Assembly (NCBI RefSeq): GCF_009834535.1
Contig: NC_045697.1
Span: forward strand, 46,688,001 to 46,752,000
DNA: 64,000 bases
Direction: 5' to 3'
Source: Camelus ferus
Lineage: Eukaryota
Both the position numbers and the translations under genes were made by a program. Below the pieces are notes generated by a model. That model worked only from the letters and a program-made list of their open reading frames with translations, made no database searches and was not told where the DNA came from. Below, piece by piece: positions 1-12,016 of this stretch (positions within the stretch are counted from its first letter, which is position 1; every line of letters starts with the position of its first letter).

Positions 1-940
1 ATGTTAGATCAAATTAAGTTTCAGTTAGGAGTATAAGGAGGATTCAGTAAATAACTACAGTGCAGATTTTTTATTCTTTTTTTTGACACAAATCACTCTG
101 TTATCACAGAAGCAAGCAAGTAATGCCTATGGAGCATGGCCTTCTCCCTTTGTTTCATATCTAAATTTAATTTGTCAGCCTTGCCAAGTTTTAGCAGTGA
201 TTCCAGAAGCTGCTTGAAAGGCACCAAATTATACGCCACAAAAGAATGGAACTCATTATGTGTTTTGCCTTCTTGTTCCTTTCTTCACTAAAAGATAATT
301 GCTTCATTCTGATTTCCATGCCCTATTTTCTTGGAATTTCCCCTTTCTTCACCACTGGCTTCCAATTGTTTGCCAAGACTTCAGAACATCAAAACTTGAC
401 CAAACACTATGTCAATCTTCAGAGATGCATTTCTATTCATCAGGAAGTAAAGAGTTTTTGTTCTGAACCAAACATTCACTGATGAACAGTTTACTTTAAA
501 CATCCCATTGTACAAAAACGTCTGCTATCTTCATGCCCCAAGCTTTAAGGCTAGGCCCTAGGCAAAGCAAGAAACTTGCTGAATGGAAGCCTACAAGGAA
601 GATTAGGAAAAAAAAACCTTTTAACAATAATTTTTAGAGGACTAAAGAGAATTAGGAAAGCTCAGTCAGTTTCTGACATTTGATGATTTTATATAAATTT
701 GTACATGATGGAGCCCAGATGCTAAGTTACAACAGTCTAAGTGCTAAGTGCTAATATCACTTGGGCTGTTCAAATAATCATTTGCATTTTTAAAAATCTC
801 TGAAACTAAACCTGGTGCTTATTAGTGATATTATCTAAAATTCATTTGAATAACTTACACTTATGCCTACCAAAGCTGTGCAATTCAGTATGTTTTATTA
901 ACTGGAATCCTAATTCTTCTAAAAATAGAGTGTGTTTAGT

Positions 941-1402
941 ATGAGTGTTTCTAGCAGCATTATTTACAACAGTCAAAAGGTGGAAACAATCCAAATGCCC
1001 ATGATGGATGAATGGATTTGTGGTATATACATACAATGGAAATTACTGTCTTAAAGAAATGAAATTTTGATCCAGGCTATACTATAGATGAACCTTGAAG
1101 ACACTATGCCAAGTGAAATAAGCTAGACACTAAAGGACAGATATAGTCTGATTCCACTTATGTGAGGTACCTAGAGTGGTCAAACTCATAGAGACTAAAA
1201 GCAGAATGGTAGTTGCCAGGGGATGGGGGAGGGAGAAGTGAGAAGTTATTGTTTAGCAGGTACAGAGTTCCAGTTTGGGAAAATGGAAAGTTCTAGAGAT
1301 GGATGGTGGTAGTTGCACAACAATGTAAATATACTTAATGCCATTGAACTGTACACTTAAAAAGATAAATTTCATTTTACATATATTTTGCCACAATTTT
1401 TA
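941..1402 (+). mobile_element. Old LINE-1 3' end (L1MB-like)
   Basis: Typical L1 ORF2 C-terminal and 3'UTR motifs: GGAAACAATCCAAATGCCCA, GATGAACCTTGAAGACACTATGC, GTTCTAGAGATGGATGGTGGT...GAACTGTACACTTAAAA. Confidence 0.85.
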
Positions 1403-2506
1403 AAGTGTGTTTAATTATTAATAAAGCTTTACATTTTAAAACTCCCTCATTCTAATAGTAACTGCTATAATTACATGCCATGCTTTAGCAAGGTAGATAA
1501 TATAAATTATCTTCTTTTCATAGATGGAGGAAATGAGATACAGGATAGTAAGTTCAGTAAAACCTCAGAAGCCATCAGAGTCTAAATTAGAACAGGGTTC
1601 TCTGATCCTTCTATCTTTCCAGCATAAGAAATTATGCTCATAACTCAAAATGTAAGACTCATCTTTTTGTGAAATTGAAGTTGGCCATGTGTTCTCTCCT
1701 GATTCTTCCCTTTGGACCACAAATTAGACCAATGACTAATTCCGTATACTTCATGCATTAACTCAAAGGCAGCGCCCATTCCCATTTCTTCCCAATGCCC
1801 AGCCCACTGTCCTGAAACTTTATCCAGACTCTCCCACACTGGGATAAACTATGGATCTTCCCTGCTCTCTCACCCAATCTTGTCCATACGTCTCAAGCCA
1901 AGCTGCTCTGGCCTCCTTCTGCCTAGATGAATCTAATAAATTAAACTGGTTCAATTACAAATGAATAATGACATGATAAAATAGTGATCCTTCCATAAAA
2001 TTTATTTGTTCTTTTGCAGGGTTCTCAATTCTTTGATCTAAAGAGCCAGTTAATTTGGGGATTTCCCACACTGAGCGAATCCTTTGTAGGTGAAAAGTTT
2101 TTGCGCATAGCAACATTTGGTATCACCTTTCAGGTACATGACTTTCAACTCCATTAAACCTTAGGCTTAAAGTTGAGTTTACACACTGATCTCTTCCTTA
2201 GTGTTTAATAATCTCTTGTAGTTCATTCATGTCATTACTCAGGATCCATAAAGACAAAGGAGACCCATGCTGAGTAAGGTGGAAGCCACACTGCTTCTTA
2301 GAATCCTACAATTATGAGACAGAGTACATGCATTAGAAATAAAGTGAGAACTATTGGAAGAAGGATGCAGATAGAGTGTTACCAGTTATCAGAAATGAGG
2401 GTAATTATTTTTATATTATAAATTCAGAAAGAATTTATGATGTAGCTGACTCTCAGATCCCCTATAATCTTAAATTTATTTTGTTTTTTATATGTACTAT
2501 AGTACT

Positions 2507-2859
2507 TGTGTCAGTCCATTTGGGTTGATACTTAAAAATACTATAAACTGGCTTATAAACAATACATATTTCTCACAGTTCTGGAGGTTAGGGAGTCCAA
2601 CATCAAAGCAGCAGCAGATTTGATGTCTGATGAGAATCTGCTTCCTGGATCATGGATGAATATCTCCTCCCTGTGTCCTCACATGGCAGAAGGGGCAAGG
2701 GAGCTTTCTGGGGTCTCTTTTATAAGGGCACTAATCCCATTCCTGAGGGGTTCATCCTCATGATATAATCACTTCCCAAAGGCCCCACCTCTTAATACCA
2801 ATACACTGAGAATTAGGTTTCAACACAACTTTGAGGGGATATAAAAAGTCTAACTGCAG
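2507..2859 (-). mobile_element. MaLR solo LTR (MLT1A-like)
   Basis: TTTCTCACAGTTCTGGAGG...GGGTCTCTTTTATAAGGGCACTAATCCCATT...CCCAAAGGCCCCACCTC is the reverse complement of the MLT1A/A0 consensus as I recall it. Confidence 0.85.
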
Positions 2860-2959
2860 TACTTTATGTCAAAAACACTTCTGCAAAATGAAATAACTGT
2901 TTTTCTTCTTTTAAAATATACTTACTGCTTAAAGATATACATTTGGCCATTGACATTTA

Positions 2960-3085
2960 AAATGGCATCTCCCTAATGGTTTATTTTGCGTGTCTTTAGT
3001 CACAAGTAACATGAAGCATCTTTTTATATGTTGGTAAGTCACGTGTACTTCCTTTTTTTGTAAACTATTTGATCAAGTCCTTTTC
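2960..3085 (-). mobile_element. Short degenerate L1 ORF2 fragment
   Basis: GAAGCATCTTTTTATATGTTGGT...TTTGATCAAGTCCTTTT resembles antisense L1 ORF2 3' region. Confidence 0.55.
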
Positions 3086-3299
3086 TAAGTTTTTTCTAAG
3101 AGAAAAGAGAATCTAGAAGCTACAGGAAACTCACTAGAAATCTAACTGACATCTTACTGACTTTAGTGAGTGTCCCAGCTTGATTCTACATATCCAAGAA
3201 CTGATTGATCTTTAAGAAATTCCAAAAAGAAAGTTGTAGAATTTTGCATCTACTTATGCATCCATTTGGAGATGACAATTCCTAGGATGCAGTACAGCT

Positions 3300-3455
3300 C
3301 TGAGAGGAAGGAATGAGTCCACGAGGAAGAGAAAGGAGAGGGGAACGGAGAAGAGAATCGGAGAAGTGAAGAAGGAGGGTGGAAAATGCAAAAGAGAAGG
3401 AAGAGGCAGGATAAAAAAAGAGGAGGATGGGGAGAGAGAATGGAAGGAAGAAAAG
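3300..3455. repeat. Purine-rich (GA) low-complexity tract
   Basis: Almost entirely G/A on the + strand; this explains the spurious 122-aa minus-strand ORF. Confidence 0.8.
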
Positions 3456-5857
3456 TGTTCTGTGTCTGAACTAATTTCTGCTCCACTAGAGTAGTGATGT
3501 CAATAACGTATACAATTAATTTTATGTTTAGTTTTCCTGAACTTTGCTTTTCAGGCTGTAGGTAGAAACATTGAGTTTTAGTACATACTTCAAACTTAAT
3601 GTATATCTTTTCTTCCAAGGTTAATATCTACAGACTTATCTACAGTTTTTTGGGATGTTTGTTACCTCTTTCCTATTTGGCATAGAATCCGTTTACTGTA
3701 ATAAATAAGCATATACAATTTATATACCTCTTAAGGTAACTCATTTTAATGCTCTTCACCAGATTCATTTTGTGTTCTTGTATTCAAATCCTTATGGATG
3801 GGGTTAAAGGACAGCTCATACTGCAGTTTGGCCAAGAACAAAGAATGTGCTTTTAAAAAGGTCTGGTGCATTGTTATAATTAGTGTGAGCATACTTTGAA
3901 TTAAAGTAGGAATTTACTCATTTTTACATAACTTACAAAGATTACTAAGTTTTATAAACTTCTGATATTTTTAATTATTCATCCTTTATTTGATGGTTGT
4001 TTTTTTCTAATTGCTGTATTTAGTGTTTCTGTTTTATAAAGTGCACTGACAGAAGCAGCAACAGCATGGGGTCCACACTTCATCCACCTGTGCTTTGCAA
4101 AACTCCATGACTATTCCAAGAACAATGCATCTTTGAAAGAACAAAATTAATGGGTTATTAGGCTATAACTGCAAAAGAGAAGATAATTAGTGTCCATGAG
4201 AAAGAAAAGTTCATAAATTTAAAAGAAACATTTTAATTGGCAAAAAATAAAAAAAAAAAGTGTAAGAGCTTTGAAAGAACTCTTTTTAGCAAAAACATCC
4301 AAGGAATTAAATTATAAACCTTCACTAAACAAATGCAAGGGAATGGAACAATTTTGTGTGTGTGATAAATTAATGTTGGTAAGATTTATGAAAGTATGAA
4401 GCAATTTAGAAGCCTCCCTGAAATAATTGAGAAATCATGATCATATGAAAGACGACAAGGGCAGGTGATCTGCCCAGTAAAATATTTTATTTTTCAGATA
4501 TCATTTCAATATTTTGTGAGTATTGTATCAATGAACAAAGAATCTTCTGGTAAGTTCACACATCAGGGTTTCAGTTGACTGCTCTGACTTCTTGAAATAT
4601 AAGGCTTTTTGCTTTAACTTGAAATGAAAAAGCTAAATGCTTTTCTGTGCCTTCTTTTCTAACCAATAACCACTGGCCTACCTCCAGCATTCTGTGCATG
4701 GTTCTGTGACCGTAGAAAGGTCACATGGCATTGCTCCAGCCTACAAACTTGTCAATTTGTGTCAAATATATGTTCCTGCAAATGAGATGATTAAGAGGGG
4801 CTTGCTCTTTGAGCAGATGCTTGTATTTAGGAACATAACAGAATTATTACAAATTCAATTGAAAGGGGAAAAGCACACAAAGAAGATTTTAAGGCATTTT
4901 ATTATTTACCTATTTATTGGTATCTTCATTTTCTTTAACTTGTAAAAATGTACTACATATATTATTTAAACCAAGTCTTTCATGCATCATCGCATAAAAA
5001 TAAATCATCTCCTTAATAAATAAGTTATCTCCTTTTTCATGAAAAGTTTTTTTATTTAATCTCTACTTCATGACAAAAATAATTTAAAATGAGTATGGTA
5101 GGTGTGTCAATTAAAAGGAAACCTGTGACTTGATACTGACTGTTGAATTTCAAAGAGATTTAAACCAAGCAGCTAATTTAGAAGATTAGTATACATTTAT
5201 CAAAAGATACTGGTTATTAGAATGTTTGTTTGAGAGATCTACTCTTAGTGTGGAGAAGCAAGATAGTAGGGATGAAACTCAAACTTTGTGGTTATGCTTT
5301 ATGCTTCTGTCACTAAGTAGACAAATGGCCATATGAAGACAATTTTGCCTTTTGAGGGCTTTAGTTACTTCATTGTAAACTACAGGAGATGAACAAATAA
5401 TTGTTTCCCAAATGAGTTCCATTCAGGGCACTGTAGATGAATGTTTGATAAAGTAGTCCTCTTTATGGTACACAATTAGGGTAACGTATTAATGATTCAG
5501 AAAATTCATTCAGAAAAGAGACATGCAGAACATTGCTTAACCATAAAATTCTTTTCAAGGAAAGGCTACAAATATCCTAAAAAATATGTTTTTATAAAAA
5601 AATTGACAAAATTTAAAAGGTATTTTTTACCACTGAAATTAATTATTTAGTGGTTATACAACTGAAATATCATATTTCTGAACACTGAAATTTAAAATCA
5701 TAATTTAAAAAATAAACTGAAAAAAAGATTATAATAATTATGTATGTAATATCCAAATAACTTATTATCAAAATTTACTCTAATTAGGTATCCCCAGTTT
5801 TGATAATTTAAGTTTGGAGGTTTTTGAAATGATGCATTCCTAGAATAGCTCAGTAGT

Positions 5858-7163
5858 CAGCCACATGTAAATCAATGAAGTTAGAACACTCCCTCAAACC
5901 ATACACAAAAATAAACTCAAAATGGCTTAAAGATTTAAATATAAGACAGGACACTATAAAATTCCTAGAAGAGAACATAGTCAAAACATCTCTGACATAA
6001 ATTGTAGCAATGTTTTCCTACTTTGGTCTCCCAAGGCAATAGAAATAAAAGCAAAAATAAACAAATGGGACCTAATCAAAGTTAAAAGCTTTTGTACAGC
6101 AAAGGAAACCATAAACAAAACAAAAAGACAACTTACAGACAAGGAGAAAAAATATTTGCAAACCATGTGACTGACAAGGGCTTAATTTTCAAAATATACA
6201 AACAGCTCATACCACTCAATACCAAAAAGCAAACAACCAAATCAAAAAATGGGCAGAAGACCTAAACAGACATTTCTCAAAAGAAGACACAGGGATGGCT
6301 GACAGGCACATGAAAAGATGCTCAACATTGCTAATTACCAGAGAAATGCATATCAAAACTATAATGACCACATACTGGTTAGAATGTCCATCATTAAAAA
6401 GTCCACAAGCAACAAATGCTGGAGAGGGTGTGGAGAAAAGGGAATCCTCTATACTGTTAGTGGAAATGTAAATTGGTACAGTCACTGAAGGACGTTATGA
6501 AGTTTCCTTAAAAAACTAAAATTAGACTTACCATATAATCCAGCAATCCCACTTCTGGGCATATACCCAAAGGAAACTCAAATTCAAAAAGATACATGCA
6601 TCCCCATGTGCTATGGCACTATTTACAATAACCAACACATTGAAGCAATCTAAATGTCCATCAACAGATAATTGGATAAAGAAGATGTGGTGTATATATG
6701 TATATACGTATACACATACAATGGAATACTACTCAGTCATAAAAAAGAATGAAATAATGTCATTTGCAGCAACATGGATGGACCTAGAGATTATCATACC
6801 AAGTGAAGTTAAGTGAGACAGAGAAAGACAAATATCATGTCACGAAATCTAAAAAAATGATACAAATGAACTTATTTACAAAACAGAAGCAGACTCAGAC
6901 ACAGAAAACAAATTTCTGATTACCAAAGGGGAAAAGGGGAGGGATAAATTAGGAGTTTGAGATTAGCAGATACAAACTACTATATATAAAATAGATAAAC
7001 AACAAGGACCTTCTGTATAGCACAGGGAACTGTATTCAATATCTTGTAATCACTCTATAATGGAAAAGAATATGAAAAAGAATATATATACATATAACTG
7101 AATCATTATGCTGTCCACCAGAAACTAACACATTATAAATCAATTATACTTCAATAAAAATAA
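5858..7163 (+). mobile_element. 5'-truncated cetartiodactyl-type LINE-1 (end of ORF2 + 3'UTR) with a perfect 16-bp TSD
   Basis: ORF2 C-terminal peptide (…NWIKKMW…MEYYSVIKKNEIMSFAATWMDLEIII), artiodactyl-type 3'UTR and A-rich tail. AGAATAGCTCAGTAGT occurs at both 5842-5857 and 7164-7179. Confidence 0.95.
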
Positions 7164-8769
7164 AGAATAGCTCAGTAGTGACCTGAGCAAGGCATAAAAA
7201 TACATCTATTTAAAACCAATGATTTTTAAATAATCAAATGCATATTAGTATTTTACTTTTCAAAGCAACAAAATGAAATTTTTCATGTAGCCCAAAATTC
7301 AGACATTAAATTTTATATAATGAGTTTTTCATTAAAAAAACTCACTAGATACTCAAAATCTCAAATCCTTTCTTAAATGCTTTCTGATAACTTACCTTCT
7401 GTGAGTGTGTTGAGTGTGTTGTTGGTACATGAATCAAAATTCTCTCTTAGATATTTATATTACTAGGCCTTAATTATAGAGCACAAATTCCACTGAGAAG
7501 AGATCTCTGGGTGCTAAAAGCTAATCAGATAATCTCAGAAAGTCTCTCTGACTGCCATTTAACACTTAATCATGCGTTAATCATAAATTAAGCATTCAGT
7601 CTCTGGCAGCCTTAAAGTAGTTGGAGGTGCAGGCTTGCTATTTACAATTTTGACCTGCCACCAAGCAGTCCAGCCCACTTACAGAAAATGAAAGCTCAAA
7701 CAGCTGCTACTTAAATGCAGGCTAATGCAAATTTAAACTAGCCTCTCAGAAACCTGGATTGTAAAGTTCTCTATATTTTCATTTAGCATCTTTCAATTAT
7801 CCTAACCTTTCTTCCTAATCTATTAAAAATCAAAACTACCCTACTCACGTCCCCTTCTTGTTGTGTCCTAGACTAGGCTAGAACACTCAACCATGCCTAA
7901 GTGACAATAGGCAAAGGGTTGTTATAATGAGTTAAACTATTAGTTCACATATATCATGGCAAGCTGGTTGGCCCTCTTAGAGCATCACTCAGGAAATATC
8001 TAATTTCCCCTTACCCTGAGATTGTCTCACATTTAAGGACATTCAGGTAACCTGATTTTTATGATACCTGCACCTTCCAAAAAATTCCTTTACTTATTGG
8101 TAGATAAACTTTATCTCATGAATTGTACAAGCAATTAGTGTGTACTTTGTTTTATTAGAGTAGTAGTTGATTGAGGTAACAGAGTAAGAAAGCTGGAGGA
8201 TGTCAAGATCTCTAAAATCAACAGTAACTTGTTTAGAGACACAAAACTCAGTTCTTATGCACTGCCTACTTATTCCAGTCTATTAACATATATCTCATTT
8301 TTCCTTATCCTCACACTATTCTCATGATCATCTATCTCATACCAGTGTTATTATCACATTTTTGTTTAACCATCCTATCCCTTTTCTTTACCTTCCCATC
8401 TGGGTTTGGAAACTTACTGCCTCCTGCCAGAATTACAGCCGCAAGTGCTTCAGTGGCTTTCTTCATAAGACCAAGGTCATCTGTCTCTTACTCAACTATT
8501 TATAACATAGCCAAGTTATTCTTTAAACAGTTTTTTTCATCATGTCATTCCCATAATCAAGAAGGTTAAAGGCTTATCGACTATTACACATTATAGATAG
8601 CTTATACATAGGAAATATACTCAGATGTAATTAGGTACCATTTTCAGTTATTCCTACCTTTTCCCATACAGCTCAGCTAGTATTCTTGTTACCCTCTTCA
8701 ATTTTATGCTTGTCTCTGACCCTTAGACCAAAACAGATTATTTCTCACCTCTCTTCCTACCTCAACAGG

Positions 8770-8860
8770 AAACCTGAAGTTACCAGGTGTGAATTAGGTT
8801 AAAGCTCTCCCTTTACAAGCTTACTAACACTGACAATTATTTTCTTCCCTTCTATCGCTG
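8770..8860 (+). mobile_element. L2 fragment, 5' of the PTPN20 retrocopy insertion point
   Basis: TTCTTCCCTTCTATCGCTGAAGAAAAGATGTT reads on into L2-like sequence at 12017 once the insert is removed. Confidence 0.6.
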
Positions 8861-10527
8861 AAGAAAAGATGTTTCTTGGCTGTTGGTGGTGGGGCGGTTC
8901 GGGTGAGGCTGGATGCGGCAGGTCCAGACTGACATTTACCGCCAGTCAGTATTGTCTCCTGTGACATGTTCTCCAATCAAACCAAAGTCCACCACAGTTT
9001 GCAGCTACTTGGAAGTCTGGCTCCCAGTGTGGTTACATTACTTATTGGTAGATGAACTTTATCTCATATACAGCTTCATAATTGACTCTTACCGGATCTG
9101 ATGAAATGGAAATCTACAGAATCTAAAGATCTAAGGATTATCTCAAATTCACTGCACTAACGGACACACCAGAAATGGACATGCGTTTCTGATCAAAGCT
9201 GTTTGCTCTGGGAGTTCTGCTGACTTTCATGGAAGATTTGAAATTAGTGACTGTTGGTGAACAACAGTTGTGTGCTGGCCCCAGGATACTAATTAGACCT
9301 GCTGCCTGACTCTCAGAACATAAGGCCCAGCACCTGCAGAAACCTTCTGCTCACGTCCTCCAGACATGGGGACAACATGTCTTCACCCAAGAATGCCACA
9401 GCAGAGTCTGGAAAAGGTCAGAAGGGAGAGGACTCTGACATGAAAAACCTGGATCCAATCTGTGCTTTCATCAGATCAGGAAGATTTGCCTTCATCAAGT
9501 CAGGACATGACACCTAGATCAGTGAGCTCTGAGATTTTGGAAAGTGAAGTTAACTTAGAGAAGGTAAAAGTCTTTCTTCAGGATTTCCAACAAAATGATG
9601 ATTTTGAGGATTTGAGGATACAGAAAATGACAGTAACCCCAGCTTGTCAATGACCAGCAGCTCCTTCCAAAAAGACAGGTCCAGCAGTGAGGAGGAGTTC
9701 ACAGGGCCTTCCCCGACTGACTCCCCTACGTCTCAGGGATGGAAATTGTTTCCGAAATGGAGCTAGCTCAGTTGGCTCTGGTTAGACCATTAACATTCAG
9801 TATTCATGAGAATTCAACCATGAAGGATTATTTTTAAATGCTTGAGAGAAAAGTATCAGAATTTGAAATCATCCAGGAATTTATGGCTTTGGGATCTAAG
9901 AATCTGCCTGCTGTGTTCAACTCTGGGAATGAACTACATGACAGAGACAAAAACAGATATCAAGATACTCTTTCATATGTTTCAACACGTGTTCTTCCTG
10001 GAGAAAACAAGGACTACATCAATGCTAGTTATATTAAAATAGTCCATTCTGGAGAAGAGTATAACTATATCGCTACCCAAGGACCACTGCCAGGCACCAC
10101 AGATGACTTTTGGCAAATGGTTGTGGAAGATAACTCTAATGTTATTGTCATCATAACCAGAGAGGTAGAAGATGGAGTTATGAAATGCCACCATTACTGG
10201 CCCATTTCTATGAAAAAGCCTTTGGAATTGAAAAGCTGTCATGTCTTCCTGGAGAACTACCAGATACTTCAGAGTTTTGTTGTTCGAATATTTCAAGTTG
10301 TCAGAAGTCCACAGGAACTAGTCACTTTGTAAAACACTTGCAGTTCACCATTTGGCCAGACCACGGCATTCCTGCCTCAGCATAAGGTTTCATAAAGTAT
10401 GTTCATTATGTGAGGAAGAGCCACCTTACAGGAACCCATCCTTGTTCACTGTAGTGCTGGTGTGGGCCGGACAGGGGTGTTCCTCTGTATGGATGTTGTG
10501 TTCTGTGCCATTGAAAAGAACTTCCCA

Positions 10528-10719
10528 ATTCCTTGGGACTTCCTACATAGATGATCGTTCTATGTGCAAGTAAGGGCAGACTTATCTCTTCCTTTCCAAT
10601 AGTTTGCCTCTCATTTCTTTTTCTGGTCTTATTGTACTACCTGGAACTTCAAGTGTTGTGTCTGAATATAAATGGTGAGAGAAGACATTCTTGCCATCAC
10701 TGATATTAGGGGAAAGCAA
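10528..10719 (-). mobile_element. Antisense L1 ORF2 (reverse-transcriptase region) fragment inside the retrocopy
   Basis: ATTCCTTGGGACTTCCTACATAGA…CTTCCTTTCCAAT…GGTGAGAGAAGACATTCTTGCC…AGGGGAAAGCA is the antisense of the L1 RT segment around AFPLRSGTRQGCP to YVENPKES. Confidence 0.85.
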
Positions 10720-11920
10720 ATTAAAATCATTTGTTCTGTGAAAGACCCTACAAAGTGGATGAAAAGACAAGCTACAGACTTGGAGAGACTGTAAGCCACA
10801 TATCCAGCAAATATATTACATTTAGAATATATAAAGAACCCTCAAAACTCAAGAATAAAAAAGAAAAAACAAAAATTAAAAAAAATTCAGTCAGAAAATT
10901 GGTAAAAGATTTGACATTTCAACAGGATGTTCTGATGACAAATAAACACATGAAAAGATGCTCAGCTTCATTAGCTTGTAGCAACATGAAATTAAAACTA
11001 TGATGAAATATCACTGGACATCTATAAGAAAAAACTAATATAAAAAATAATGACAACACCAAATTCTGGTGAAGATTTGAAAAACCTAGATTACTTATAC
11101 ATTGCTTGTGGAAATGTAAAATGGTAGACCCAGTCTGGAGGACAGCTTTAAAATTTGTTTTAAAAAAAAGCAAAAGCAAAACTAAACTAAACTTGCCATG
11201 GAACCCTAGCAATAGCACTCTTGGGTATTTATTCCAGAGAAATGAAAACCTATGTTCACACAAAAACCTGTACATAAATGTTCATAGCTGATCTATTTAG
11301 AATAGCCAAAAATTGGGGAAAACTTAGATGTCCTTCAAAAAGTTGATGGTTAAAAAAATTGGTCCACATCCATACTGTGGAATACTATTTAGCAATAAAA
11401 AGGAATGAACTATTGATACAGTTTCAAAGAATCTCAAAGCAATTAGGCTAAATGAAAAAAAGTTAATCTCAAAAAGTTAGATATTACATGATTCCATTGT
11501 ATAACCCTCTTGGAATAACAAAACTATAGACATGGAGAATAGATTACTGGTTGCCAAGAGTTGGGGGTTGGGGTGGGTGGGTAGGTCTAATGGACAGCAG
11601 GTGGAAGTCTTGTAGTGGGACAGTGATGTATCTTGTTTGTGGTTGCAGTTACCTGAATCTTCACATGTGACAACATTGTATAGAACTACACACACTCACA
11701 CATACATGCACATACTCACAAATGATTGCAGTGCAAAACTGGCAAAATCTGAGTAATCTCTGATTGTATCAATGTCAGTTTCCTGGTTTTGATATATTAT
11801 TCTAGTTATATAGGATGGTATAATTGGGGGAAACTGGGTGAAGGATCCACAGAATCTCTCTGCACAATTTTTTTTTTGCAATTTACTATGTATCCATAAT
11901 TATTTCAATTTAAAAATGTT
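10720..11920 (+). mobile_element. Old L1 (L1MC/MD-like) ORF2 end + 3'UTR inside the retrocopy
   Basis: Degenerate ORF2 C-terminus (NKHMKRCSASL) and 3'UTR motifs GGGGGAAACTGGGTGAAGG…AATCTCTCTGCAC. Orientation is opposite to the adjacent 10528-10719 piece (5' inversion). Confidence 0.88.
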
Positions 11921-12016
11921 TAAAGGCTTAAATAAATTTTAAATTATAGAAATGACAAGTTATAAAAATAAAATAATGCTTACATTTTAAAAAGAAAGAA
12001 AGAAAAGATGTTCCTT

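Larger units (their letters stand above)
8878..11999 (+). pseudogene. PTPN20: Processed pseudogene of PTPN20 (non-receptor protein tyrosine phosphatase 20) with 5'UTR and an L1-derived 3' end
   Basis: Intronless. ATG at 9377 (MSSPKNATAE), then LPSSSQDMTPRS, QEFMAL…KNRY (9949-9960), DYINASYI, YIATQGPL, DFWQMV, KCHHYWP, WPDHG (10353) and HCSAGVGR (10447-10470). Frameshifts near 9460, 9615, 9740, 10305 and 10435; stops at 9835-9837 and 10383-10385. AATAAA at 11967-11972, A-rich tail, TSD at 8861-8877 and 12000-12016. Confidence 0.92.

Noticed and set aside
3250..3618. 122-aa minus-strand ORF
   Set aside because: Produced by a low-complexity purine tract; no recognisable domain.
4070..4480. Possible mariner-type transposase remnant (CATCCACCT…)
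   Set aside because: Resemblance too weak to support without a search; no terminal inverted repeats seen.
9838..10332. 164-aa ORF as a functional PTP gene
   Set aside because: It is a fragment of the pseudogene: preceded by an in-frame TAA and frameshifted before the WPD and P-loop.
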